Positions 37,363-47,455 of a DNA stretch of 64,000 nt are shown in pieces. The notes beneath the pieces were generated by a model. The model ran no database searches. It was not told the origin of the DNA and was given only the letters and a program-made list of their open reading frames with translations. The stretch is from a virus (Duplodnaviria > Caudoviricetes): IMG/VR virus record IMGVR_UViG_3300031813_000004, positions 32,001 through 96,000 of that record. The stretch is one strand, 5' to 3'. Numbering within the stretch: position 1 is the stretch's first letter; every line of letters begins with the position of its first letter. Both the position numbers and the translations under genes were made by a program.

Positions 37363-38598
37363 ATGGCAGATTCTTCTTACCAACCAGCGACTTTTGATAG
37401 AGTACAATATACAATAAGTTTAAAAATTAAAGGTGTAGACTATTCCGCTGATGTAAATAATGTAAGAATCGTATCATCAATTACAACACCATATCAAATT
37501 ATAACTCTAGATTTATTTTCTAGCATTAATGATATTATATTAACTAAATTATTTGGAATAGATCCAATTAAATTATCAATAAAATTAAATAAACAACAAT
37601 CAACTGTAAGTGAACAAACTGATTTTGAATTAATGATGATTAATTCAAATTATAATATTCCTATTAGAAATAATATGACTCAGCAGTCTCAAAATGAAAG
37701 AACACCTTTTAGTATTATTACAATACCAAGACCATCATTTAAAACTATAACTACTCATGTAAATAATGTTTATATTAACCAAACTTTGAGACAAATAATT
37801 ACAGATCTAACTTCAACAACTGGAGCTTCTTTAACATATGATAGTGAAAGTGAAAATAAACAAGTTATAGACCAAGTTATTATTCCACCAACGACAGTAT
37901 ATAAAGCTATTAAATATTTAGATGAAAGATTCGGTTTATATACTGGACCTAATATTATATTTTGTGATTATTTAAATAATTTATACATTAAAAATATAGC
38001 TGCTAAAATTAATAAAAGTCAAACATTTACAATATATCAATTAGCTTTAGATGATTCTGATACATCAAAAACTATTGACTTATGTAATGATGGAAAGAAT
38101 TTCTATACATATTCAACAATACAAAATAAATATATAGGCAATCAAAAGTTTTCAGTTATATCAAAGAATACAAGATTTATTGCTAAACCTACTGATAGCT
38201 TATATCATGTTTTAGAAAATGATTTATCTGATATATGCCAAAATTATGGTATCATATCAAAAAATAAAAATATTGATTTTGACCCACAATTGAATAATAG
38301 AACTACATATGTAATAGATGATACTGGATATGGTACATCTAACACTCCAATTATAGCAGATATATCAAAAAAAATATCAAACTTATCAACAATAACTTTA
38401 GCTATTGAAAGAAATTTACCTATTATGAATTTAATGAATGTTGGAGAATCTATAAAATTAAATACTAAGACAGTTGAAAATTCAAATTTATCTGGAAAAT
38501 ATATTTTAAAATCAAGTGACATTATATTTCAAAGACAAAGTGGAAGCTGGCAAAATCTTTGTAATATCAATTTAATACGTACAAATCAATCAAGTTAA
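37363..38598 (+). CDS. Putative baseplate hub/tail protein (gp27/gpD-like)
   Basis: Beta-rich; C-terminal VGE.I.L......SGKYIL....I.F pattern; structural module context. Confidence 0.5.
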   Translation: MADSSYQPATFDRVQYTISLKIKGVDYSADVNNVRIVSSITTPYQIITLDLFSSINDIILTKLFGIDPIKLSIKLNKQQSTVSEQTDFELMMINSNYNIPIRNNMTQQSQNERTPFSIITIPRPSFKTITTHVNNVYINQTLRQIITDLTSTTGASLTYDSESENKQVIDQVIIPPTTVYKAIKYLDERFGLYTGPNIIFCDYLNNLYIKNIAAKINKSQTFTIYQLALDDSDTSKTIDLCNDGKNFYTYSTIQNKYIGNQKFSVISKNTRFIAKPTDSLYHVLENDLSDICQNYGIISKNKNIDFDPQLNNRTTYVIDDTGYGTSNTPIIADISKKISNLSTITLAIERNLPIMNLMNVGESIKLNTKTVENSNLSGKYILKSSDIIFQRQSGSWQNLCNINLIRTNQSS

Positions 38599-38600
38599 GC

Positions 38601-38649
38601 AAAAAAAATAAAACCAAAAAATGTGTTACATAGAATAAATCTATGTAAC
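38601..38649 (-). terminator. Intrinsic terminator on minus strand (possibly bidirectional)
   Basis: 10-bp stem GTTACATAGA/TCTATGTAAC followed on minus strand by T tracts. Confidence 0.6.
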
Positions 38650-38768
38650 TCAATTTATAAATAATTAAAATATTCATTATATTTTAAATCCTCCGTTTCT
38701 TTTAAATAATGCATGTCATTTACTCCCATTATAATCGTTAAATAAAACAGACAATTCCATTCTATTAG

Positions 38769-38804
38769 TAATTAATATATATAGTTTTTCAGAGAATCCT
38801 TAAA
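38769..38804 (-). promoter_or_regulatory. Bipartite promoter-like motif, copy 1
   Basis: TTTAAGGATTC-N9-CTATATATATTAATTA, identical boxes and spacing at 59803-59838. Confidence 0.65.
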
Positions 38805-38818
38805 AATATTATTTTAGA

Positions 38819-38838
38819 TTAGAACATATTATAAAGAA
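38819..38838 (+). promoter_or_regulatory. Putative late promoter (AGAACA box)
   Basis: TTAGAACATATTATAAAGA upstream of terminase. Confidence 0.55.
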
Positions 38839-38873
38839 TCATCGAAAGGAGTTATGAATTTAAAAAATAAAAT

Positions 38874-40535
38874 ATGGCAGTTAAAAAATTAAAACTTAAG
38901 ACTAAGGCTCAATATGTACAAGAATATTTAAAATGTAAAAATTCTTTTAATTATTTTTGCTCAAATTATATTTATCTAGAGTTACCCGGTGGAGATAAAT
39001 ATATTACGTTGTACAAACCACAATCTGAATTAATAGAAACTATAAATAAACATAAACATGTATTAGTTTTAAAGTCTAGGCAAATAGGAATATCAACTGT
39101 AATTCAAGCATATGGTGTTTGGTTACAAGTATTTTATAAAAACGTTGTTATTGGTGTTTTGTCTAAAGATGGTCCAGAAGCAACAAGTTTTGTTAGATAT
39201 ATGAGAGGAATGCTTGATAAATTACCAACATGGTTGAAGCCTGGATATGAAAAAGAATCAGAACAATCTTATATCTTAAAAAATGGGTGTAAAACATTTG
39301 CTTCAACTATAAATCCATCTAAACCTGAAAATACACTTCGTGGTAAAGCTATAACATTTTTAATTGTAGACGAAGGTGCATTTATTAAATACATGGATGA
39401 GGCTTGGACAGGAATGATTCCAGCATTAGCAACAAATCAGAGACAGGCTAAAGCTGCTGGTGTTCCTTATGGAACTGTAATTTTATCAACTCCAAATAAA
39501 ATGATTGGAACTGGTAAATGGTTTTATGAAAGATATTGTTCTGCTGAATCTGGAACTGATATATTTGTTTCTCGTGTAATACATTGGAAAATGATTAAAG
39601 AATTAGCAGATGATCCAGAATGGTATGAAACACAAAGACGATTAGCAGGAAATGATGAAAAGAAAATTATGCAAGAACTTGACCTAAAATTCTTAGCAGG
39701 TTCAGGTTCATTCTTTGGTGAAAAAACAATTATTGCATTACAAGATATTAAAGATGAACCAATTGAAAAATCTAAGATATTTGGTGGGGAAATATGGGTA
39801 TTTCAAAAACCAATACAAGGTAAATTTTATTTAATTGGAGTTGACACTGCGTCTGAATATGGTAGTGACTTTTCTGCTATAACTGTTTGGGACTATGAAA
39901 CATTAGAACAAGTATGGGAATATCATACAAAATGTAAAGTTCAAGATTTTTCTAAAATTGTTAAATTAGCGTGTTGTCAATATCCTGGTTGTTGTGTTGT
40001 TGAAACTTCTTGTGGTTATGGAAATAACGTAGCTGAAGAAGTTGATAATAGTGAATTTATGTTAATGTTATATAAAGAAAAACAAAAGGGAGTTTCTAAC
40101 CCTAATATATCATTTACAAAAAATGGTGGAAATAATGGTATGAGAAGAGGTCTTAGTAATAATAGTAAAACAAGACCTTTAATGATTGATTCATTATATT
40201 CTTATATTACTGAATTTCCGGAGATAGTTAAATCAAGAAGATTAGCATTAGAATTAATAGGTTTAACTGAAAAAAGTGGTAGAGTTGAAGCAGACGTTGG
40301 TAGTAAAGACGACTTAGCTTTAGCTACTGCTTGTGCTTTTTATGTTAGAAAATGGGACCCACCAATGGTTATAGATCATTCATTAGAATATCAAAGTACA
40401 TTCTCAGATATTTTAAATATGAATGAAGAAAATGATACAACAAGAGATAATACACAATTATTAAAAGATATAAAAGAGCATCTAGATGAAAATCAAGGTT
40501 ATGTTGATATCTTAGGGATGTACTCGCGGGAGTAA
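38874..40535 (+). CDS. terL: Terminase large subunit (T4 gp17-like)
   Basis: LYKPQ, KSRQIGIST, LRG....LIVDEGAF, STPN, IGVDTA....DFSA, DDLALA nuclease motif. Confidence 0.93.
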   Translation: MAVKKLKLKTKAQYVQEYLKCKNSFNYFCSNYIYLELPGGDKYITLYKPQSELIETINKHKHVLVLKSRQIGISTVIQAYGVWLQVFYKNVVIGVLSKDGPEATSFVRYMRGMLDKLPTWLKPGYEKESEQSYILKNGCKTFASTINPSKPENTLRGKAITFLIVDEGAFIKYMDEAWTGMIPALATNQRQAKAAGVPYGTVILSTPNKMIGTGKWFYERYCSAESGTDIFVSRVIHWKMIKELADDPEWYETQRRLAGNDEKKIMQELDLKFLAGSGSFFGEKTIIALQDIKDEPIEKSKIFGGEIWVFQKPIQGKFYLIGVDTASEYGSDFSAITVWDYETLEQVWEYHTKCKVQDFSKIVKLACCQYPGCCVVETSCGYGNNVAEEVDNSEFMLMLYKEKQKGVSNPNISFTKNGGNNGMRRGLSNNSKTRPLMIDSLYSYITEFPEIVKSRRLALELIGLTEKSGRVEADVGSKDDLALATACAFYVRKWDPPMVIDHSLEYQSTFSDILNMNEENDTTRDNTQLLKDIKEHLDENQGYVDILGMYSRE

Positions 40536-40537
40536 AT

Positions 40538-41443
40538 ATGGAAAATATAAACGAATTAGCATTAGATTTTAGTCTTAAAAAAGTCTATACTATAGACGGG
40601 CATCCATTATATACTTCAAATAAGATGGAAAAAAGATTTTTACAAATATTAAAAAATACTCCAAAGGCTAGATCTAATTTTAATAACTATATTAAATTAA
40701 TTAATTTAAATAAACTAGTTCCATGTTATTATACTAAAGTATTTTTAAGAGTATTTGAATTAGAACTTAAAAATTTACCAGAAGAAGCAAGAAAAATATT
40801 TGGTTTATATTCTTCTTCTAATAAAAAAGCATTTATTTTATTAGATCAAAATTTAAATCCTAATAAAAATATGCCTTTTATTATTGATACTATAAATCAT
40901 GAATTAGTTCATATGTTTGCTAATGAACATTCAAAAGAATTTATGGATTTATTTAGTATTCAATTAGTAAAATTTTATTCAACTTTATTTACTAAAATTT
41001 TTAAATTAAAAGATGTTCCTGATGATAAAGTTAAAGAAGTAGTCGAATTATTTTTTGATATGTTTGAAATTGAAGGGTATATTAATTTTAGGCATGTTTA
41101 TGATTTTATGTATGAAAATTTTTATAAATATTGCATAGAGATTAAAAAAGATGATAATAATGAAACAAATTTTTTATCAGAAATATTAAATAGATATTTA
41201 ACAGTTATTTATATTATGGCTAAACATGGTTTTAGTGAAGTTAGACGTGCAAGAGATAAATTTAAAGATATATTAGATCCTATAGCTGAAACATATAAAG
41301 AAGTATTTAAAATGTCATCAAATAGTTTTTATATTCAAGAATTAATAGTACCATCAGAAGTTATTTGTATATATTCAGAAAGACCAAAATCTTTAGTTAT
41401 TGATAAAATGATAAATAGATTGGTCAATTCAAGGAAATTATAA
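40538..41443 (+). CDS. HExxH metallopeptidase-like protein
   Basis: DTINHELVH with downstream QE; between terminase and tape measure. Confidence 0.5.
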   Translation: MENINELALDFSLKKVYTIDGHPLYTSNKMEKRFLQILKNTPKARSNFNNYIKLINLNKLVPCYYTKVFLRVFELELKNLPEEARKIFGLYSSSNKKAFILLDQNLNPNKNMPFIIDTINHELVHMFANEHSKEFMDLFSIQLVKFYSTLFTKIFKLKDVPDDKVKEVVELFFDMFEIEGYINFRHVYDFMYENFYKYCIEIKKDDNNETNFLSEILNRYLTVIYIMAKHGFSEVRRARDKFKDILDPIAETYKEVFKMSSNSFYIQELIVPSEVICIYSERPKSLVIDKMINRLVNSRKL

Positions 41444-41445
41444 AA

Positions 41446-44400
41446 ATGGCAATTAAAAAAGATAATAAACCATATCGTCCAACTAGAGCTGAATTAGATG
41501 AATTAAGATCTATAAATTCAGTTGGCACATCCATTAGTAAAATGAATATGGAAACTAGAAAATCCATTGATTCAACTATGGGATCTAGTTATAAATCATT
41601 AAATAAATATGGTGATAAGAATGTTAGAGAAATAACATCATCCGTTAGCAAAATATTAAATAAATTTAGTTTAACAATTGATGCTTTATCTAGAGGCGTT
41701 ACAAGAATTACATTGAATACAGCTAAAGCTACAAAAGATACATTAACTCAATATGGTAAAGCTGTTGGACAAGATTTTAATATTAATAAACAAAATGCAG
41801 TAGCTATGGCTTTATCTCAATCAAGTCCTATCTTTGGATATTTTGCAGCTAAATTTGTGGAGACAGATATATTTCAAAATGCAGTTGAAAGAATGAAAGA
41901 ACATATAGGAAAATCATTATCTTCTATTGGTTATTATTTAAGATTTGGTTGGGAAAAATTTAAATCTAAAATTGGTATTAAACCAAAAAGAAATAATGAC
42001 GAAGGAGATGATTTTTTTGACTCCCCATCTAAAGCTTCATACAGAGTTAAGAATATTCCAAAATTAAAGAAAGGTGGATTAATTTCTAAATCAGGTATTG
42101 TATATGTACACGCTGGAGAAGTTGTATCACCTGTAGATAAAGTATTAGGTAATTCAAAATATTCAATTGGACAATTATTTAATAGTGGAAAAAGTTTAAA
42201 TAAAGACGGATGGCTTTATAAAATATATGATATATTATTAGAATTAAGAGTTTCAATGACTGGTATAGGTTATGACTTTAAAACTAATCTATATAAAAAA
42301 ATAATGGGTAACCCAGTATTTAAAAAAATGGCAATGGCTTTTAGTTTATTTAAAGCCACTACTAAATTTTTATTCAAAGTTAGAAATAGATATGAAAGAG
42401 AATTACCAAGATCTACAAATCTTCAAGCTAATATTGCTGATACTTTAGGTTTAACATATATTAGAAGTATGGAAAAGTATGACCAAATGCTTTTCTATTT
42501 AAGAAGATTGAGTGCTAAAATTACAGGCGAAGATGTTACACCTCCTGGTAATCCATCATACACAAATTATAAAGCAATTAAAGCTTTTATATCTGGAATA
42601 AAAAACAGAGGTGTTAAACAAACTTTTTCAGATATTTACCAAGCTATAAGTGGCAGAGTCAAATCATTAACTGGTAATACTCATAGTACATTATTGTTAC
42701 CAGATGGAACTGTATCTATAATTCCTAATGGTTCAAGTTCTAGTGGTAATTCTATATTTGGGTCCATTAAAGGAAAAACATCTGGAGTTTTTAATTATTT
42801 TAGAGGAGCTGGAGTTGCAGCTATTAGAAATAGAGAAGGAAAAAAATGGAAGCACGGAACTTTAGACCATCGTAACGGAGTTATAGATTATAGGTTTAAT
42901 TTAAATGAACATGATTTAGCTGCTGAAGAATATTATAATAGTTTTAACCACGCTACTGCTGGTGGGTTATTTAATAAAGGAAAACATTTTTTATCATCTA
43001 GTTTCCATAATTTAAAAAATAAACTTTCTTTACAACATTTAAGAGAAAAGTTTGGTCCTAATACTAAAGAAGATAGAATAGAAAAAAGATTAAGACTTAT
43101 ACAAGAAAATACTAGTGATTTAAAGGATGAAACTAAAAAAACCAATAAAAAGAATAAAGGTTTCTTTAGTACATTAGGCATGGTTGCTATGGGAATATAT
43201 TCTGCTATTAGAAATTTTGTAGGAACTATTCCACTTATAGGTAAACCATTGCAATGGATGATGTCATTTTTTAAATTTAAAATATGGGATCTTCCAAATA
43301 TGATTTGGGGAGTTATTAGTAAAGGTTTAGGTTTAGCTTGGAAAGGGGCAAAGTTAGGTGGTAGAGGATTAATGGGTTTAGGAAGAGGATTAGGTGGATT
43401 ATTCAAAGGTGGGAGCAAAGGAATATTAGGCAGAGGATTAGGAATTTTTGGTGTTGTAGATTCTGTTATAGATATGTTTAAAAGCGAAGGTAATGCTGAT
43501 AAAATGTTTGGTGGTCATGCTTCATTAATGCAAAAAGGATTTGCTGGAGTTGGTGGATTATTAGGTGGCGAAGACCAAGGTCAATCATCTGGTGGTTTAT
43601 CAGGTATTTGGGGTATGATGAAAGGTGCATTTTTTGGAGCAATCCGAGGTGCAACAATAGGTAGTTTATTTTCTCCAGGTATTGGTACTGCTGTAGGTGC
43701 TGCTGTAGGTGGTGTTTGTGGAATGATTGGACCAGATAGAATTGCAAGATGGTTGAATAAAGCATCCAATGGAATAGGATCAGTATTATCAAGTATTGGT
43801 GATATTATAAGTCATCCAATAGAATCAGTAGAAAGTGCTGCAAAAAATGGTTGGAGTTGGATGTCTAATGGGAATAATAAATTTTCACATATGATTGCTG
43901 GTGCTGCAATGGGTGGATTAGCAACAGGTGGTAATCCATTCGGTATAATAGGTGGAGCCATTATGGGTTGGTATGGTTCTGATGCTATTAAGAGAGTAGG
44001 TGAATGGTGGGGTAAAATGGGTATTGGATCTGATGCATTACCGCAAGGCCAATATAAAGATAGTTCTGGAAAAGCTTTACCTATGAGTATTCCTAATTAT
44101 TTAGAAGATGCTCAAAATAAAGCTAAAATAAGAGGAAAAACATTAAAAAATATATTTGGAAACGCTCAATATGATGATATTATTAATAAAGCTGCAAAGG
44201 ATTATGGAGTTGATCCTAAATTAATTAAGGGAATTATTAATACAGAAAGCGAATTTAATCCTAATGCAAAAGGACCCATGACACATTGGGGAAGAGCAAA
44301 AGGATTAATGCAAATTATAGATGACACATCTAGAGGGTTGGGAATAAAAAATTCCCTTAATCCAGAAGAAAACATCAGAGGCGGCACAAAATATTTTGCA

Positions 44401-44796
44401 AGTTTAGTTAAACAATATGGGGGAAATGTTCGTAAAGCGCTTGCGGTATATGGCGGGCATATTCATACAGATCCTACAAATTATATTAAAAAGGTTCTTG
44501 AATATTCTGATCCAAAAATTAATGAAAATAGGCAAACTATAGCTGAAAGGCACGTTGCTGATAAAACTAGAAATTTAGAAGAATTAAAAGAATTATATAA
44601 AAAACAATCAGCAGAATCATCTAAACAATCAGATGAAGCAATTAAAGCTATGGAAAAGAATTTTACAAATTTTGGTCAACATATTACTACAGCAGTTACA
44701 AATAATACCAGTTCAAATGTTAATAATAATAATCAAAGTGGAAGTAATCATTTTGACCCATATTTAAATGCAGTTGTTACTGGAGATGTACATTAA
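41446..44796 (+). CDS. Tape-measure-like protein with C-terminal lytic transglycosylase domain
   Basis: Gly-zipper hydrophobic segments; TESEFNPNA, AKGLMQI, NIRGGTKY, ALAVY SLT motifs. Confidence 0.82.
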   Translation: MAIKKDNKPYRPTRAELDELRSINSVGTSISKMNMETRKSIDSTMGSSYKSLNKYGDKNVREITSSVSKILNKFSLTIDALSRGVTRITLNTAKATKDTLTQYGKAVGQDFNINKQNAVAMALSQSSPIFGYFAAKFVETDIFQNAVERMKEHIGKSLSSIGYYLRFGWEKFKSKIGIKPKRNNDEGDDFFDSPSKASYRVKNIPKLKKGGLISKSGIVYVHAGEVVSPVDKVLGNSKYSIGQLFNSGKSLNKDGWLYKIYDILLELRVSMTGIGYDFKTNLYKKIMGNPVFKKMAMAFSLFKATTKFLFKVRNRYERELPRSTNLQANIADTLGLTYIRSMEKYDQMLFYLRRLSAKITGEDVTPPGNPSYTNYKAIKAFISGIKNRGVKQTFSDIYQAISGRVKSLTGNTHSTLLLPDGTVSIIPNGSSSSGNSIFGSIKGKTSGVFNYFRGAGVAAIRNREGKKWKHGTLDHRNGVIDYRFNLNEHDLAAEEYYNSFNHATAGGLFNKGKHFLSSSFHNLKNKLSLQHLREKFGPNTKEDRIEKRLRLIQENTSDLKDETKKTNKKNKGFFSTLGMVAMGIYSAIRNFVGTIPLIGKPLQWMMSFFKFKIWDLPNMIWGVISKGLGLAWKGAKLGGRGLMGLGRGLGGLFKGGSKGILGRGLGIFGVVDSVIDMFKSEGNADKMFGGHASLMQKGFAGVGGLLGGEDQGQSSGGLSGIWGMMKGAFFGAIRGATIGSLFSPGIGTAVGAAVGGVCGMIGPDRIARWLNKASNGIGSVLSSIGDIISHPIESVESAAKNGWSWMSNGNNKFSHMIAGAAMGGLATGGNPFGIIGGAIMGWYGSDAIKRVGEWWGKMGIGSDALPQGQYKDSSGKALPMSIPNYLEDAQNKAKIRGKTLKNIFGNAQYDDIINKAAKDYGVDPKLIKGIINTESEFNPNAKGPMTHWGRAKGLMQIIDDTSRGLGIKNSLNPEENIRGGTKYFASLVKQYGGNVRKALAVYGGHIHTDPTNYIKKVLEYSDPKINENRQTIAERHVADKTRNLEELKELYKKQSAESSKQSDEAIKAMEKNFTNFGQHITTAVTNNTSSNVNNNNQSGSNHFDPYLNAVVTGDVH

Positions 44797-44813
44797 TTTT
44801 GGAGATTTAAAAA

Positions 44814-46340
44814 ATGGCAAATCCACCAAGTCAAGGTACTAAAGTTGGAAAAGTGTATAACAGTTCAGTATCAGGAAAACAAGGTCCGTTAATAAGTATC
44901 CCTTCTATTATTGGGCTTCCTCCTAGTTCAACATTTTCTGATAATATGATAACAAATTCAATGCCTATATTACAAATAACACCATGTATTCCTAATTTTA
45001 CAAAAGGGTTAACTCTTTTTAATTTAAATGAAGCCAAAGATCAATATGCAAATACGTTAGCTGAATTAAATTATAGTGCATCTCTGCCATTAAGTGTTGC
45101 ATTTATAGCAGATAATTTTCCATCATTATCATTTAGTAATGAGTGGGGAGAAGGATTATTACAAGGTGCAACAAATATTGGATCAGATCTCGGTGGGCAA
45201 TTAGCATTTATGCTTGGGCAATCTACTGCGTCTGGATCTGCCAATATTATTAAAAATGCAATTAATAATATGGCTAGAGATCCAAAAACTGGAAAAGCTA
45301 AAACTGGAGCTGGTGCAGATTTTGCAAGAATGACAGGGGCAGCAGTAATGGGAGCTGAAAATTTAATAAATGATTTAACACAATCAACTGGAATGACTAA
45401 TGGAATTAATATTTTAGATAAATTAGCCGGTGGAAGTAGAATAGATTTTCCACATGTTTGGAAGGGGAGTAGTTTTAGTCCATCTTTTTCTATTACTGTT
45501 AGACTACATACTGTTACAACACAAAATGACAAAGATTATCATACGAATATATTAGGACCATTAGCCGCATTATTATGTTTAGGATTACCAATTCAAAAAG
45601 ATGAAAATAATATTTATAATTTTCCATTTTTATGTAAAATTAAATGCCCTGGATTATTTATGATGAATCCAGCTGCTATATCTTCAATATCAGTTCATTT
45701 AGGTGGAGATGTTGGTCTTATTGGATATAATCAAAGACCTAGTATGATAGATGTAAAAATAGATTTTCAAAGTTTATATACAAGTATGGTGACAGGCAAT
45801 GCTTCTGATAGACCAAGTATTGGTCAATTATTAGATGTATTAAAAGATAAAGCTACTATTGAAAATGAAACTCCAACATCAGAACTTGATAAAATGCCTG
45901 TTAATATTGTAGATATAGAAACACTTAATCCTACAGTTTCATTTGATGCATCTAATCCTACAGCAGTATCACCTGTTGCTGCTTTAAGAAGTCAAGCTAA
46001 AGTACCAGGTAATACATTAGCAGATTTAAAAAAGAGTTTTACAGCAGGGATCAATTCAATAAAAGCAACTGTATCTAATATACAAGCTAAAGTTGCAAAT
46101 GCTCAATCACAAGTTGCAAATGTACAAAGAACTATTATGTCAAATGTTAATCAAGTCGAATCTACTATTAAGGAAATACAAAGTGTAACTCATGTAGTTG
46201 ATACAGCTATTTCTTCAGTTAATTCAATTACAGCTTTTCCTAAATTATTAACTAATCAAGTCAGCGGATTTAGTAGCGCTCAAAAAACTGATTTGAGCGC
46301 TACTATTAGTAAGGTACAGAATTTTAAACCAAGATTCTAA
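44814..46340 (+). CDS. Putative baseplate/tail-tube-associated protein
   Basis: FP.VW..S.F..SFS.TV.L and FPFLC.I...G tube-fold-like pattern; follows tape measure. Confidence 0.45.
   Translation: MANPPSQGTKVGKVYNSSVSGKQGPLISIPSIIGLPPSSTFSDNMITNSMPILQITPCIPNFTKGLTLFNLNEAKDQYANTLAELNYSASLPLSVAFIADNFPSLSFSNEWGEGLLQGATNIGSDLGGQLAFMLGQSTASGSANIIKNAINNMARDPKTGKAKTGAGADFARMTGAAVMGAENLINDLTQSTGMTNGINILDKLAGGSRIDFPHVWKGSSFSPSFSITVRLHTVTTQNDKDYHTNILGPLAALLCLGLPIQKDENNIYNFPFLCKIKCPGLFMMNPAAISSISVHLGGDVGLIGYNQRPSMIDVKIDFQSLYTSMVTGNASDRPSIGQLLDVLKDKATIENETPTSELDKMPVNIVDIETLNPTVSFDASNPTAVSPVAALRSQAKVPGNTLADLKKSFTAGINSIKATVSNIQAKVANAQSQVANVQRTIMSNVNQVESTIKEIQSVTHVVDTAISSVNSITAFPKLLTNQVSGFSSAQKTDLSATISKVQNFKPRF
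46271..46305. terminator. 14-bp perfect stem inside coding sequence at the convergent operon junction
   Basis: TAGTAGCGCTCAAA-AAACTGA-TTTGAGCGCTACTA. Confidence 0.5.
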
Positions 46341-47443
46341 CAAACAAAATTTCTAAAAACAATAGTTATATATAACGCTAAAAATGTTGCTACAAAGAAT
46401 TGTGTTTGTGGTGATAATTTTTTGTAATTTTCTAAATAATTTAAACTACCCAATATCTTTTCTAATAAACTAAATATTTGTTGTTTAAAGAAAACTTTTT
46501 GAATTGTCTTTTTAACTGACATTAAAGTTCTAACGTAATTATAGAATTCTTTACTACATATCGAACCAACATCTTTTAAATCTTTAATAAATAATTCTAG
46601 AGATAATTTAACATCATCATTATATTTCATATTGGATAATTCATTTACAATCATTGTAGCTAAAGATTGTTTAATTTTACTTATTTTTTTAGCATCATTT
46701 ATTGCTTTAATATCAACTTCTTTATACATTGTTATTTTTTTAACTACCCTATCTATTAATTCCCCACTTCTATCAACAGTTTTTTGATAATCAGATTCTT
46801 CATCAGGAGATTTAAAAGATAAACCTTTTTCTTTTGTTTCATAATATAATTCTCTAAAACTTTGAACACTTTGAGATATTCTTTTTCTGCATTCTCTTAT
46901 GAATTTACTTACCAACATTGGATCATCCATACCTTCAAATGTTAAAGTATGTCTTCTTTGCATTTCTCTAGCAATATGAAATAAAGCTCCAGAAATACTT
47001 TTTTCTCTGATGAATAAATGAGTTTTATTTAAATGTTCCAAAGTATATCTAAAAATATCAGGATTACAATATCTTAAATGTATACTCATTAAGTTTGTAT
47101 ATTGGGTTATAGTATAATATATAACTGTTGTGTTATAACCCACTTGATCTTTTTCAAGTAAAAAATAATTCATCAAAACTATCAATAAATTTGAATATGG
47201 ATTCTGCTCTAATAACCACTTCCCTTCTCCTGCCATTGATCCTTTATAAAACCTTTCTACGTATTCTTTTACATCATTATCATTAATTCCACATAAATAT
47301 AATAATTGAGAATAATGAACTTTAACCTTAGGAATATAACAAGGTTCTGATAAATTAGTTAAATCATTACTTGTAATATCAATAAGATATGATTTAAGTT
47401 TTCTTTCGTCTATGTTAAGTTTATTGGCTATAATATCATCCAT
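46337..47443 (-). CDS. Hypothetical helical protein
   Basis: Long ORF, GGGAG SD, last gene of minus-strand virion operon. Confidence 0.65.
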   Translation of the reverse strand: MDDIIANKLNIDERKLKSYLIDITSNDLTNLSEPCYIPKVKVHYSQLLYLCGINDNDVKEYVERFYKGSMAGEGKWLLEQNPYSNLLIVLMNYFLLEKDQVGYNTTVIYYTITQYTNLMSIHLRYCNPDIFRYTLEHLNKTHLFIREKSISGALFHIAREMQRRHTLTFEGMDDPMLVSKFIRECRKRISQSVQSFRELYYETKEKGLSFKSPDEESDYQKTVDRSGELIDRVVKKITMYKEVDIKAINDAKKISKIKQSLATMIVNELSNMKYNDDVKLSLELFIKDLKDVGSICSKEFYNYVRTLMSVKKTIQKVFFKQQIFSLLEKILGSLNYLENYKKLSPQTQFFVATFLALYITIVFRNFVC

Positions 47444-47455
47444 AGTATTTCTCCC

